Origin: Escherichia coli
Lineage (GTDB): Bacteria; Pseudomonadota; Gammaproteobacteria; Enterobacterales; Enterobacteriaceae
Length of the DNA: 64,000 nucleotides
Direction: 5' to 3' (one strand)
Assembly (NCBI RefSeq): GCF_024223415.1
Contig: NZ_CP100500.1
Both the position numbers and the translations under genes were made by a program. Of this stretch, positions 35,716 to 45,520 are shown one piece after another. How positions within the stretch are numbered: the first letter of the stretch is position 1; each line of letters begins with the position of its first letter. The notes beneath the pieces were generated by a model. That model had not been told where the DNA came from. It saw nothing but the letters and a program-made list of their open reading frames with translations, and made no database searches.

Positions 35716-38700
35716 ATGAGTGAAGGACCAGGCGGGCCACAGGGAGCGACCGCAGGCGGTACGCTGGCAATGCGAATGCTTTCACAGCAGGCGATGGTCG
35801 CCAGCCAGATGAAACGGGCAGCCAACAACAAAGCCATTGCACAGATGTTGGCATCAAAAAAGTCTGGCCCCCCCGCCGCCAGGCTGGGCGATGAAATTCA
35901 GCACAAGAGTTTTTTGGGGGCGCTGGCAGGGGCCGTGCTGGGGGCGATAGTGACCATCGCAGAAGGTTGCCTGATTATGGCCGCCTGTGCCACCGGCCCT
36001 TATGCGCTGGTTCTGGTGCCTGCGCTGATGTATGCCAGCTATAAGGCGAGTGATTATGTGGAGGAGAAACAGAACCAGCTTGAATCATGGATAAACAGCT
36101 TTTGTGACACGGACGGCGCCATCAATACCGGTTCTGAAAACGTAAAAATTAACGGAAAGCCCGCTGCCAGGGCCGCCGTCACCCTTCCCTCTCCTCCCCC
36201 GCCTGAAGCAATACCCGAAGCCTCACAGGGGGAGCATTCATGGGGTGACATGGCCCTTGACCTGCTTGAATCGGCAGCGGAAAAAGCAGCGCCACTGGCT
36301 AAATCCTGGGGGAACGCTGTTATCACCCTGACGGACAGCAATGCCAGTTTTATGGATCGCGTCAGTGCAGGCGCATCGCTTCTGTTTCCCGCCGGTCCGG
36401 TATTAATGGAGTTTGCCACCATGGTGGGCGGGCGTGGCGAAATCAAAAAAGATGTGGATTTCCCGGAAGCCGGTGAGGACACGGCGCTCTGCGACAAGGA
36501 GAACAAACCACCGAGGATAGCCCAGGGCAGCAGCAACGTCTTTATCAACAATCAGCCTGCCGCGCGCAAGGGCGACAAACTGGAGTGCAGCGCGGCAATC
36601 GTGGAAGGTTCGCCGGACGTCTTTATTGGGGGTGAGCAGGTCACCTATCTGGATATCCAGCCGGAGTTCCCGCCATGGCAGAGAATGATCCTGGGAGGAA
36701 TAACGATAGCCAGCTATCTTCTGCCGCCAGCAGGACTGCTGGGAAAACTGGGGAATCTGGCGAAACTGGGCAAACTGGGAAACCTGCTGGGGAAAAGCGG
36801 GAAGCTGCTGGGCGCAAAACTCGGCGCGTTGCTGGGGAAAACAGGTAAGTCGTTAAAAAGTATTGCCAATAAAGTCATCAGATGGGTAACAGATCCTGTC
36901 GATCCGGTAACCGGCGCGTACTGCGACGAACGTACCGACTTCACCCTGGGCCAGACCCTCCCCCTCTCCTTCACCCGTTTCCACAGTTCTGTACTGCCAC
37001 TGCATGGCCTGACGGGCGTGGGCTGGAGCGACTCCTGGAGCGAATACGCCTGGGTGCGTGAACAGGGAAACCGGGTGGATATCATCAGCCTGGGAGCCAC
37101 GCTGAACTTCGCCTTCGACGGTGAAAGTGATACGGCGGTTAACCCGTATCACGCCCAGTACATTCTGCGCCGCTGCGACGATTACCTGGAGCTGTTCGAC
37201 AGGAATGCACTGAGCAGCCGCTTCTTTTATGACGCCTTTCCGGGAATGCGTCTGCGCCACCCGGTGACTGACGATACCAGCGATGACCGCCTGGCACACA
37301 GCCCCGCAGACCGGATGTACATGCTGGGCGGGATGAGCGACACCGCCAGCAACCGCATCACGTTTGAGCGCGACAGCCAGTACCGGATCACGGGTGTCAG
37401 TCACACCGACGGGATCCGGCTTAAACTGACGTACCACGCCAGCGGCTACCTGAAAGCCATTCACCGCACGGATAACGGCATACAGACGCTGGCGACCTAC
37501 GAACAGGATGCGCGGGGGCGGCTGACAGAAGCGGATGCGCGGCTGGACTACCACCTGTTTTATGAGTACGACGCTGCGGACCGGATCATCCGCTGGTCCG
37601 ATAACGACCAGACGTGGAGCCGTTTCACCTACGATGAACAGGGCCGGTGCGTGACCGTCACCGGGGCGGAGGGCTATTACAACGCCACGCTGGACTATGG
37701 TGACGGCTGCACCACCGTGACGGACGGCAAGGGCATTCACCGTTATTACTATGATCCTGACGGCAATATTCTGCGGGAAGAAGCGCCGGACGGCAGCACC
37801 ACCACGTATGAATGGGATGAATTCCATCACCTGCTGGCCCGCCACTCCCCTGCCAGGCGGGTGGAGAAATTTGAATACAACGCCGCACAGGGTCAGTTAA
37901 GCCGTTACACGGCGGCAGACGGCGCGGAGTGGCAGTACTGCTATGATGAGCGCGGCCTGCTCAGCAACATCACCGACCCTGCCGGGCAGACGTGGACGCA
38001 GCAGTGTGATGAACGCGGCCTGCCGGTAAGTCTGGTGTCGCCACAGGGCGAAGAGACCCGGCTGGCGTACACGCCGCAGGGGCTGCTGTCGGGGATATTC
38101 CGCCAGGATGAACGGCGTCTGGGCATAGAGTACGACCACCACAACCGGCCGGAAACACTCACCGACGTGATGGGCCGTGAACACCACACCGAATACAGCG
38201 GTCACGACCTGCCGGTGAAGATGCGCGGCCCCGGCGGTCAGTCAGTGCGGTTGCAGTGGCAGCAGCACCATAAACTGAGCGGCCTTGAGCGGGCAGGAAC
38301 CGGCGCAGAAGGATTCCGCTATGACCGCCACGGCAACCTGCTGGCGTACACGGACGGTAACGGCGTTGTCTGGACAATGGAATACGGCCCGTTCGATTTG
38401 CCGGTGGCGCGAACGGACGGTGAAGGCCACCGCTGGCAGTACCGCTACGATAAAGACACGCTGCAGCTCACAGAAGTCATTAACCCGCAGGGTGAGTCTT
38501 ATCTTTATATTCTGGACAACTGTGGCCGGGTGACGGAAGAACGTGACTGGGGCGGCGTGGTCTGGCGTTACCGTTATGACGCTGATGGCCTGTGTACCGC
38601 CAGGGTCAACGGCCTGGAGGAAACCATCCTCTACGGCCGGGACGCCGCAGGCCGCCTGGCAGAAGTCATCACGCCGGAAGGTAAAACGCAGTATGCGTAT

Positions 38701-40536
38701 GACAAATCCGGCAGGCTGACGGGTATCTTCAGCCCGGACGGCACATCACAGCGCACCGGCTACGACGAACGCGGGCGGGTGAATGTCACCACTCAGGGCC
38801 GACGGGCCATTGAATACCACTACCCCGACGAACATACCGTCATCCGCTGTATCCTGCCACCGGAAGATGAACGCGACAGACACCCCGATGAATCCCTGCT
38901 GAAAACCACGTACCGCTACAACGCAGCCGGAGAACTGACGGAGGTTATCCTGCCGGGGAATGAGACGCTGACGTTCAGCCGTGATGAGGCAGGACGTGAA
39001 GTGTTCCGGCACAGTAACCGGGGTTTTGCCTGTGAGCAGGGCTGGAATGCAGCCGGCCAGCTTACCAGCCAGCGCGCCGGACTTTTCCCGGAGGAAGCCA
39101 CGTGGGGCGGGCTGGTTCCGTCACTGGTGCGGGAGTACCGTTACGACAGCGCGGGTAATGTGTCAGGCGTCACCAGCCGGGAAGATTACGGACGGGAAAC
39201 ACGGCGGGAATACCGGCTGGACCGGAACGGCCAAGTCACGGCGGTGACAGCCTCAGGCACCGGGCTGGGCTATGGCGAAGGCGATGAGTCCTATGGCTAT
39301 GACAGCTGTGGCTACCTGAAGGCGCAGTCTGCGGGCAGGCACCGGATAAGTGAAGAGACTGACCAGTATGCCGGAGGCCACCGGCTGAAACAGGCCGGAA
39401 ACACGCAGTATGACTATGACGCCGCAGGCCGGATGGTCAGCCGGACAAAACACCGTGACGGCTACCGCCCGGAAACAGAGCGGTTCCGGTGGGACAGCCG
39501 GGACCAGCTGACCGGGTATTGCAGCGCACAGGGTGAGCTGTGGGAATACCGCCACGACGCCAGCGGCAGACGAACAGAGAAACGCTGCGACCGGAAGAAA
39601 ATCCGCTTCACGTATCTGTGGGACGGCGACAGTATTGCGGAAATCCGGGAATACCGCGATGATGAACTGTACAGCGTACGGCACCTGGTGTTTAACGGCT
39701 TTGAGCTGATAAGCCAGCAGTTCAGCCGGGTACGGCAGCCGCACCCGTCCGTGGCTCCGCAGTGGGTGACGCGGACGAATCATGCGGTGAGCGACCTGAC
39801 GGGCCGGCCGCTGATGCTCTTTAACAGTGAAGGTAAAACCGTCTGGCAGCCGGGACAGACCAGCCTGTGGGGGCTGGCACTCAGCCTGCCCGCAGACACA
39901 GACTACCCGGACCCGCGCGGGGAACTGGACCCGGAAGCCGACCCCGGCCTGCTGTATGCGGGACAGTGGCAGGATGCGGAATCCGGGCTGTGCTATAACC
40001 GGTTCCGGTATTACGATCCGGAAACCGGAATGTACCTGGTGAGTGATCCGCTGGGGTTGCAGGGAGGGGAGCAGACTTACCGGTATGTGCCTAATCCTTG
40101 TGGGTATGTTGATCCCTCTGGGTTGGCAATGACTTCGAAAATAGTCAATAAACTACCTTCTGCAAAAGATCTTGCTACAAAAAGGGCCAGTGAGTTATTA
40201 GCAAAGGCAACATCTAATACCCAGCGAAGTAAATTACCAAGGGCAGTTTCAGCTGTTGTTGATAAGAGAACTGGCAAAATATATTATGGAGAAAGTGGCT
40301 GGCCTCACCCAACAGAAATACATCCTACATTACAAAATAATATGCCATCAGCCAGTAAGGAGCGATGGGCAATCGAGAACTGTGCGGAATTTAAAGCTGT
40401 AAATGAAGCTTTGAAGGCAAATGCGAAAATTAGTGATCTTGAAGTTCATACAGTATTGGTAAAAACAGGCGAAGCTTTTCCAATGTGTAAGAATTGTCAA
40501 ATTTCAATATTTGGCGCTGTTGTTACAAGCGGGTGA
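35716..40536 (+). CDS. rhs: Rhs polymorphic toxin with N-terminal prePAAR/TM/PAAR region, YD-repeat shell and a variable C-terminal tip resembling a deaminase-fold toxin
   Basis: 1606-aa ORF; prePAAR motif AARLGDEIQH followed by hydrophobic helices; YD repeats; core ends with DPLGL...DPSGLA (about 40045-40119); after that GC content drops and the tip carries C-A-E (40381..40389) and P-M-C-K-N-C (40480..40497) about 34 residues apart, the zinc-ligand pattern of cytidine/adenosine deaminases. Confidence 0.9.
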   Translation: MSEGPGGPQGATAGGTLAMRMLSQQAMVASQMKRAANNKAIAQMLASKKSGPPAARLGDEIQHKSFLGALAGAVLGAIVTIAEGCLIMAACATGPYALVLVPALMYASYKASDYVEEKQNQLESWINSFCDTDGAINTGSENVKINGKPAARAAVTLPSPPPPEAIPEASQGEHSWGDMALDLLESAAEKAAPLAKSWGNAVITLTDSNASFMDRVSAGASLLFPAGPVLMEFATMVGGRGEIKKDVDFPEAGEDTALCDKENKPPRIAQGSSNVFINNQPAARKGDKLECSAAIVEGSPDVFIGGEQVTYLDIQPEFPPWQRMILGGITIASYLLPPAGLLGKLGNLAKLGKLGNLLGKSGKLLGAKLGALLGKTGKSLKSIANKVIRWVTDPVDPVTGAYCDERTDFTLGQTLPLSFTRFHSSVLPLHGLTGVGWSDSWSEYAWVREQGNRVDIISLGATLNFAFDGESDTAVNPYHAQYILRRCDDYLELFDRNALSSRFFYDAFPGMRLRHPVTDDTSDDRLAHSPADRMYMLGGMSDTASNRITFERDSQYRITGVSHTDGIRLKLTYHASGYLKAIHRTDNGIQTLATYEQDARGRLTEADARLDYHLFYEYDAADRIIRWSDNDQTWSRFTYDEQGRCVTVTGAEGYYNATLDYGDGCTTVTDGKGIHRYYYDPDGNILREEAPDGSTTTYEWDEFHHLLARHSPARRVEKFEYNAAQGQLSRYTAADGAEWQYCYDERGLLSNITDPAGQTWTQQCDERGLPVSLVSPQGEETRLAYTPQGLLSGIFRQDERRLGIEYDHHNRPETLTDVMGREHHTEYSGHDLPVKMRGPGGQSVRLQWQQHHKLSGLERAGTGAEGFRYDRHGNLLAYTDGNGVVWTMEYGPFDLPVARTDGEGHRWQYRYDKDTLQLTEVINPQGESYLYILDNCGRVTEERDWGGVVWRYRYDADGLCTARVNGLEETILYGRDAAGRLAEVITPEGKTQYAYDKSGRLTGIFSPDGTSQRTGYDERGRVNVTTQGRRAIEYHYPDEHTVIRCILPPEDERDRHPDESLLKTTYRYNAAGELTEVILPGNETLTFSRDEAGREVFRHSNRGFACEQGWNAAGQLTSQRAGLFPEEATWGGLVPSLVREYRYDSAGNVSGVTSREDYGRETRREYRLDRNGQVTAVTASGTGLGYGEGDESYGYDSCGYLKAQSAGRHRISEETDQYAGGHRLKQAGNTQYDYDAAGRMVSRTKHRDGYRPETERFRWDSRDQLTGYCSAQGELWEYRHDASGRRTEKRCDRKKIRFTYLWDGDSIAEIREYRDDELYSVRHLVFNGFELISQQFSRVRQPHPSVAPQWVTRTNHAVSDLTGRPLMLFNSEGKTVWQPGQTSLWGLALSLPADTDYPDPRGELDPEADPGLLYAGQWQDAESGLCYNRFRYYDPETGMYLVSDPLGLQGGEQTYRYVPNPCGYVDPSGLAMTSKIVNKLPSAKDLATKRASELLAKATSNTQRSKLPRAVSAVVDKRTGKIYYGESGWPHPTEIHPTLQNNMPSASKERWAIENCAEFKAVNEALKANAKISDLEVHTVLVKTGEAFPMCKNCQISIFGAVVTSG

Positions 40537-40540
40537 TTAT

Positions 40541-40978
40541 ATGTGTGAATTAATTAATGAAGCATCAAAATATGGGAAAGTCAATGTAAGAAAGATGGAC
40601 ATTGATTTGTGTTGTAAAAAAATAGAGGAAGAAGGGTATTCTGTTTTCGTTGCGTTCTATGATTTTATAAAAAAATATGGCGGTTTATATGGCTTTCATT
40701 CAGCTTACAAAGACACCACTATAAGTGAGGCTTTTTTTATAGATCCAGAAAGGGCCTCTAATCGCATTTTTATAGAAAGAGTCAATGATTATATTGAGAG
40801 AGCTGGTTACAATATGATTCCTGTTGGCGAGTGCAGTAATGGTCATATCACATTATTATATGGGGAAAATAATGTGATATATGGCGGCTTGGATGATTAT
40901 CTTTGGAAGTATGGGGATAATTTATCTTCATCAATTGATATATTGATTAATGGTAAGGAGGCAGTTGAAATTCCGTAA
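40541..40978 (+). CDS. putative cognate immunity protein for the Rhs tip
   Basis: AT-rich ORF starting 5 bp after the rhs stop (ATG at 40541; an upstream TTG at 40511 would overlap rhs); position and composition typical of Rhs immunity genes; family unknown. Confidence 0.6.
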   Translation: MCELINEASKYGKVNVRKMDIDLCCKKIEEEGYSVFVAFYDFIKKYGGLYGFHSAYKDTTISEAFFIDPERASNRIFIERVNDYIERAGYNMIPVGECSNGHITLLYGENNVIYGGLDDYLWKYGDNLSSSIDILINGKEAVEIP

Positions 40979-40984
40979 GGCCAA

Positions 40985-42909
40985 CTGCCAGGGCCAACGG
41001 CCTGGAGGAAACCATCCTCAACAGCCGGGACGCCGCAGGCCGCCTGGCAGAAGTCATCTCGCCGGAAGGCAAAACGCAGTATGCGTATGACAAATCCGGC
41101 AGGCTGACGGGTATCTTCAGCCCGGACGGTACATCACAGCGCACCGGCTATGATGAACGCGGGCGGGTGAATGTCACCACTCAGGGCCGACGGGCCATTG
41201 AATACCACTACCCCGATGAACACACCGTCATCCGCTGTATCCTGCCACCGGAAGATGAACGCGACAGACACCCCGATGAATCCCTGCTGAAAACCACATA
41301 CCGCTACAACACCGCCGGAGAACTGACGGAGGTCATTCTGCCGGGGGATGAGACGCTGACGTTCAGCCGTGATGAGGCGGGACGTGAAGTGTTCCGGCAC
41401 AGTAACCGGGGTTTTGCCTGTGAGCAGGGCTGGAATGCAGCCAGCCAGCTTGTCACCCAGCGCGCCGGATTTTTCCCGGAGGAAACCACATGGGGCGGGC
41501 TGCTCCCCTCACTGGTACGGGAGTACCGTTACGACAGCGCGGGCAATGTGTCGGCTGTCACCAGCCGGGAAGATTACGGACGGGAAACACGGCGGGAATA
41601 CCGGCTGGACCGGAACGGCCATGTCACGGCGGTGACAGCCTCAGGCACCGGGCTGGGCTATGGCGAAGGCGATGAGTCCTATGGCTATGACAGCTGCGGC
41701 TACCTGAAGGCGCAGTCTGCGGGCAGGCACCGGATAAGTGAAGAGACTGACCAGTATGCCGGAGGCCACCGGCTGAAACAGGCCGGAAACACGCAGTATG
41801 ACTATGACGCCGCAGGCCGGATGGTCAGCCGGACAAAACACCGTGACGGCTACCGCCCGGAAACAGAGCGGTTCCGGTGGGACAGCCGGGACCAGCTGAC
41901 CGGGTATTGCAGCGCACAGGGTGAGCAGTGGGAATACCGCCACGACGCCAGCGGCAGACGGACGGAAAAACGCTGTGACCGGAAGAAAATCCGTTTTACG
42001 TACCTGTGGGACGGCGACAGTATTGCGGAAATCCGGGAATACCGCGATGATGAACTGTACAGCGTACGGCACCAGGTGTTTAACGGCTTTGAGCTGATAA
42101 GCCAGCAGTTCAGCCGGGTACGGCAGCCGCACCCGTCCGTGGCCCCGCAGTGGGTGACGCGGACGAATCACGCGGTGAGCGACCCGACGGGCCGCCCGCT
42201 GATGCTCTTTAACAGTGAAGGCAAGACGGTCTGGCGGCCGGGGCAGACCAGCCTGTGGGGGCTGGCACTCAGCCTGCCCGCAGACACCGACGACCCGGAC
42301 CCGCGCGGGGAACTGGACGCGGAAGCCGACCCCGGCCTGCTGTATGCAGGACAGTGGCGGGATGGGGAATCCGGGCTGTGCTATAACCGGTTCAGGTACT
42401 ACGAGCCGGAAACCGGAATGTACCTGGTGAGTGATCCACTGGGGTTGCTGGGGGGTGAGCAGACTTACCGGTATGTGCCTAATCCACTGGGTTGGATTGA
42501 CCAGTATGGACTTGCTGGTTGCCCCAGAGCTCTGGCAAGGGCAATGAAACGGGCTAACAGAAACCTAGCTAAGAGTGCCGGATACATGAATCGAGCTTGG
42601 TATAAATTCAAAGGTTCTGCCGCCCATCATATTGTTGCTTGGGATGACCCCCGTGCTTTAGGCGCAAGAAAAATTCTGGAAAAATATGGTATACACATTG
42701 ATTCCGCAGAAAATGGAATATTTTTGAAACATGTAGATCCAAACTCTCTTCAGCCAGGATCTTATCATCGTGTTATTCATACGAACAAATATTATGCTGA
42801 TGTTGAGGCACGACTCGCAGACGCAGCTAAGGCTAATGGGAAACAAGGTGTTCTTGATGAGTTAGATGCTATCAGGGATGACCTGCTTTTTAATAGACTA
42901 ATTTATTAA
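40985..42909 (+). pseudogene. orphan rhs fragment (about 1.5 kb of core plus a distinct tip of the AHH nuclease family), no N-terminal region
   Basis: Nucleotides about 40988-42500 are near-identical to the main rhs at about 38599-40115; after its own DPLGL motif the tip differs and contains GSAAHHIVAWDD (AHH at 42622..42630), then ENGIFL and SYHRVIH, matching the HNH-like AHH family; longest internal ORF is 41167..42909. Confidence 0.7.
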
Positions 42910-42922
42910 TAAGGGCATAGTA

Positions 42923-43456
42923 ATGAATGTTTATTTAATTCGGCATGATGTGGACAACTTCAAGTTTTACTTGCAAGACGAGAGTGACTTTCTTTCAGTT
43001 GCTGCTTTTGATTTTTGTGGAGAGTCTCTATTTAATGGATGGAAACCATACAAAATAGAGCTATTTAAAGGAAAAACTAAAGCTGAGAAATCATTAAACG
43101 GGGATTTTAATTCATCATGTTTTAGTCCAGGATTATTATACGTCGAACATTCTCTCGCAGATGTATTATCTCGTCAGGCAAATGATATTGAGTTATTAAA
43201 AGTAATCACCAGTGATGATCGTGATTTTTATTATGCAAACGTGGTAGGGAAAATACCAGCCTTACATTATAACAACAGACAAGAGCTACAAATTATGAGT
43301 AGAACACAAGAATATAAATTCAATAACTCCATAAATGAAATGTTAATATTTCGTGATAAAACATTACCTTCAAACTATTTTGTTACAGATCGTTTTGTGG
43401 ATATTTTTCAGAATGATTTTCGTGGGGTAATTTTTAAAAAAGTTGGTGAGATATAA
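42923..43456 (+). CDS. putative immunity protein for the orphan AHH-nuclease tip
   Basis: 177-aa AT-rich ORF immediately downstream of the orphan tip; family unknown. Confidence 0.6.
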   Translation: MNVYLIRHDVDNFKFYLQDESDFLSVAAFDFCGESLFNGWKPYKIELFKGKTKAEKSLNGDFNSSCFSPGLLYVEHSLADVLSRQANDIELLKVITSDDRDFYYANVVGKIPALHYNNRQELQIMSRTQEYKFNNSINEMLIFRDKTLPSNYFVTDRFVDIFQNDFRGVIFKKVGEI

Positions 43457-43482
43457 CTTAATGCATTGAACATCTAACCCGT

Positions 43483-44015
43483 ACCGCTATGACCGCCACG
43501 GTAACCTGCTGGCGTACACGGACGGTAACGGCGTTGTCTGGACGATGGAATACGGCCCGTTCGATTTGCCGGTCGCGCGAACGGACGGTGAAGGCCACCG
43601 CTGGTGGTACCGCTACGATAAAGACACGCTGCAACTGACAGAAGTCATCAACCCGCAGGGTGAGTCATATCTTTATGTTCTGGATAACTGTGGCCGGGTG
43701 ACGGAAGAGCGTGACTGGGGCGGCGTGGTCTGGCGTTACCGCTATGACGCCGATGGCCTCTGTACCGCCAGGGTCAACGGACTGGAGGAAACCATCCTCT
43801 ACAGCCGGGACGCTGCAGGGCGCCTGGCAGAAGTCATCACGCCGGAAGGGAAAACGCAGTATGCGTATGACAAATCCGGCAGGCTGACGGGTATCTTCAG
43901 CCCGGACGGCATATCACAGCGCACCGGCTATGACGAACGCGGGCGGGTGAATGTCACCACTCAGGGCCGACGGGCAGGGAAAGATCATCAGAAGTTCACT
44001 TTTTGTACTAAATAA
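43483..44015 (+). pseudogene. second rhs core fragment (about 0.5 kb) truncated at the H-repeat insertion
   Basis: Near-identical to the main rhs at about 38316-38808; ORF 43545..44015 ends in a short unrelated tail (GKDHQKFTFCTK) where the H-repeat element begins. Confidence 0.65.
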
Positions 44016-45300
44016 TTCGCATTTTATGTTTAAAAATTGAGATATTCCTCATTATCCGAAGCTGTTTTTTATTGCTTATACATGATCAAATACTCCTTAC
44101 ATAATTAAGGAGAACAAAATGGAACTTAAAAAATTGATGGAACATATTTCTATTATCCCCGATTACAGACAAGCCTGGAAAGTGGAACATAAATTATCAG
44201 ATATTCTACTGTGGACTATTTGTGCCGTTATTTCTGGTGCAGAAGGTTGGGAAGATATAGAGGATTTTGGGGAAACACATCTCGATTTTTTGAAGCAATA
44301 TGGTGATTTTGAAAATGGTATTCCTGTTCACGATACCATTGCCAGAGTTGTATCCTGTATCAGTCCTGCAAAATTTCACGAGTGCTTTATTAACTGGATG
44401 CGTGACTGCCATTCTTCAGATGATAAAGACGTCATTGCAATTGATGGAATAACGCTCCGGCACTCTTATGATAAGAGTCGTCGCAGGGGAGCGATTCATG
44501 TCATTAGTGCGTTCTCAACAATGCACAGTCTGGTCCTCGGACAGATCAGGACGGATGAGAAATCTAATGAGATTACAGCTATTCCTGAACTTCTTAACAT
44601 GATGGATATTAAAGGAAAAATCATCACAACTGATGCGATGGGTTGCCAGAAAGATATTGCAGAAAAGATACAAAAACAGGGAGGGGATTATTTATTCGCT
44701 GTAAAGGGAAATCAGGGGCGACTAAATAAAGCCTTTGAGGAAAAATTCCCGCTGAAAGAATTAAATAATCCAGAGCATGACAGTTACGCAATCAGTGAAA
44801 AGAGTCACGGCAGAGAAGAAATCCGTCTTCATATTGTTTACGATGTCCCTGATGAACTTATTGATTTCACGTTTGAATGGAAAGGGCTGAAGAAATTATG
44901 CGTGGCAGTCTCCTTTCGGTCCATAATAGCAGAACAAAAGAAAGAGCCAAAAATGACGGTCAGATATTATATCAGTTCTGCTGATTTAACCGCAGAGAAG
45001 TTCGCCACAGCAATCCGAAACCACTGGCACGTGGAGAATAAGCTGCACTGGCGTCTGGACGTGGTAATGAATGAAGACGACTGCAAAATAAGAAGAGGAA
45101 ATGCAGCAGAATTATTTTCAGGGATACGGCACATTGCTATTAATATTTTGACGAATGATAAGGTATTCAAGGCAGGGTTAAGACGTAAGATGCGAAAAGC
45201 AGCCATGGACAGAAACTATCTGGCGTCAGTCCTTGCGGGGAGCGGGCTTTCGTAATCTTGCCCTGCCTGCTCACCTCCAGGCACTTCCACTACATCATGA
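44016..45300 (+). mobile_element. H-repeat (H-rpt) insertion element, boundaries approximate
   Basis: Encloses the H-rpt transposase ORF; left edge set where rhs homology stops (about 43976-44016); right edge not defined by recognisable terminal repeats. Confidence 0.45.
44119..45255 (+). CDS. H-repeat-associated protein (ISAs1-family transposase, YhhI/YdcC-like)
   Basis: 378-aa ORF closely resembling the H-rpt proteins found next to K-12 Rhs elements; sits at the distal end of the Rhs island. Confidence 0.85.
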   Translation: MELKKLMEHISIIPDYRQAWKVEHKLSDILLWTICAVISGAEGWEDIEDFGETHLDFLKQYGDFENGIPVHDTIARVVSCISPAKFHECFINWMRDCHSSDDKDVIAIDGITLRHSYDKSRRRGAIHVISAFSTMHSLVLGQIRTDEKSNEITAIPELLNMMDIKGKIITTDAMGCQKDIAEKIQKQGGDYLFAVKGNQGRLNKAFEEKFPLKELNNPEHDSYAISEKSHGREEIRLHIVYDVPDELIDFTFEWKGLKKLCVAVSFRSIIAEQKKEPKMTVRYYISSADLTAEKFATAIRNHWHVENKLHWRLDVVMNEDDCKIRRGNAAELFSGIRHIAINILTNDKVFKAGLRRKMRKAAMDRNYLASVLAGSGLS

Positions 45301-45520
45301 CCTGATCGGTGCCACCACTCCTCTTCACTATGACGTTAACCTCCCCTCCTTGACACCACGCTTTTGTCTACATTCTACGCAAACGGCAACTTTTATAACC
45401 AGTGTAAAAATAACGTGCCGCAATAGTCATACCTATTAATGGTAAAAAGCTGTCACAATTCATAAAAAACCTTAATATACGCCACCCTAAACATAACCAG
45501 CGTTAATGTAAGGTTTTTGT

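Noticed and set aside
36853-37845. 330-aa minus-strand ORF inside the rhs gene (and similar ones at 39253..39783 and 41641..42171)
   Set aside because: GC-rich YD-repeat sequence produces long stop-free antisense frames; no independent start context or plausible protein features.
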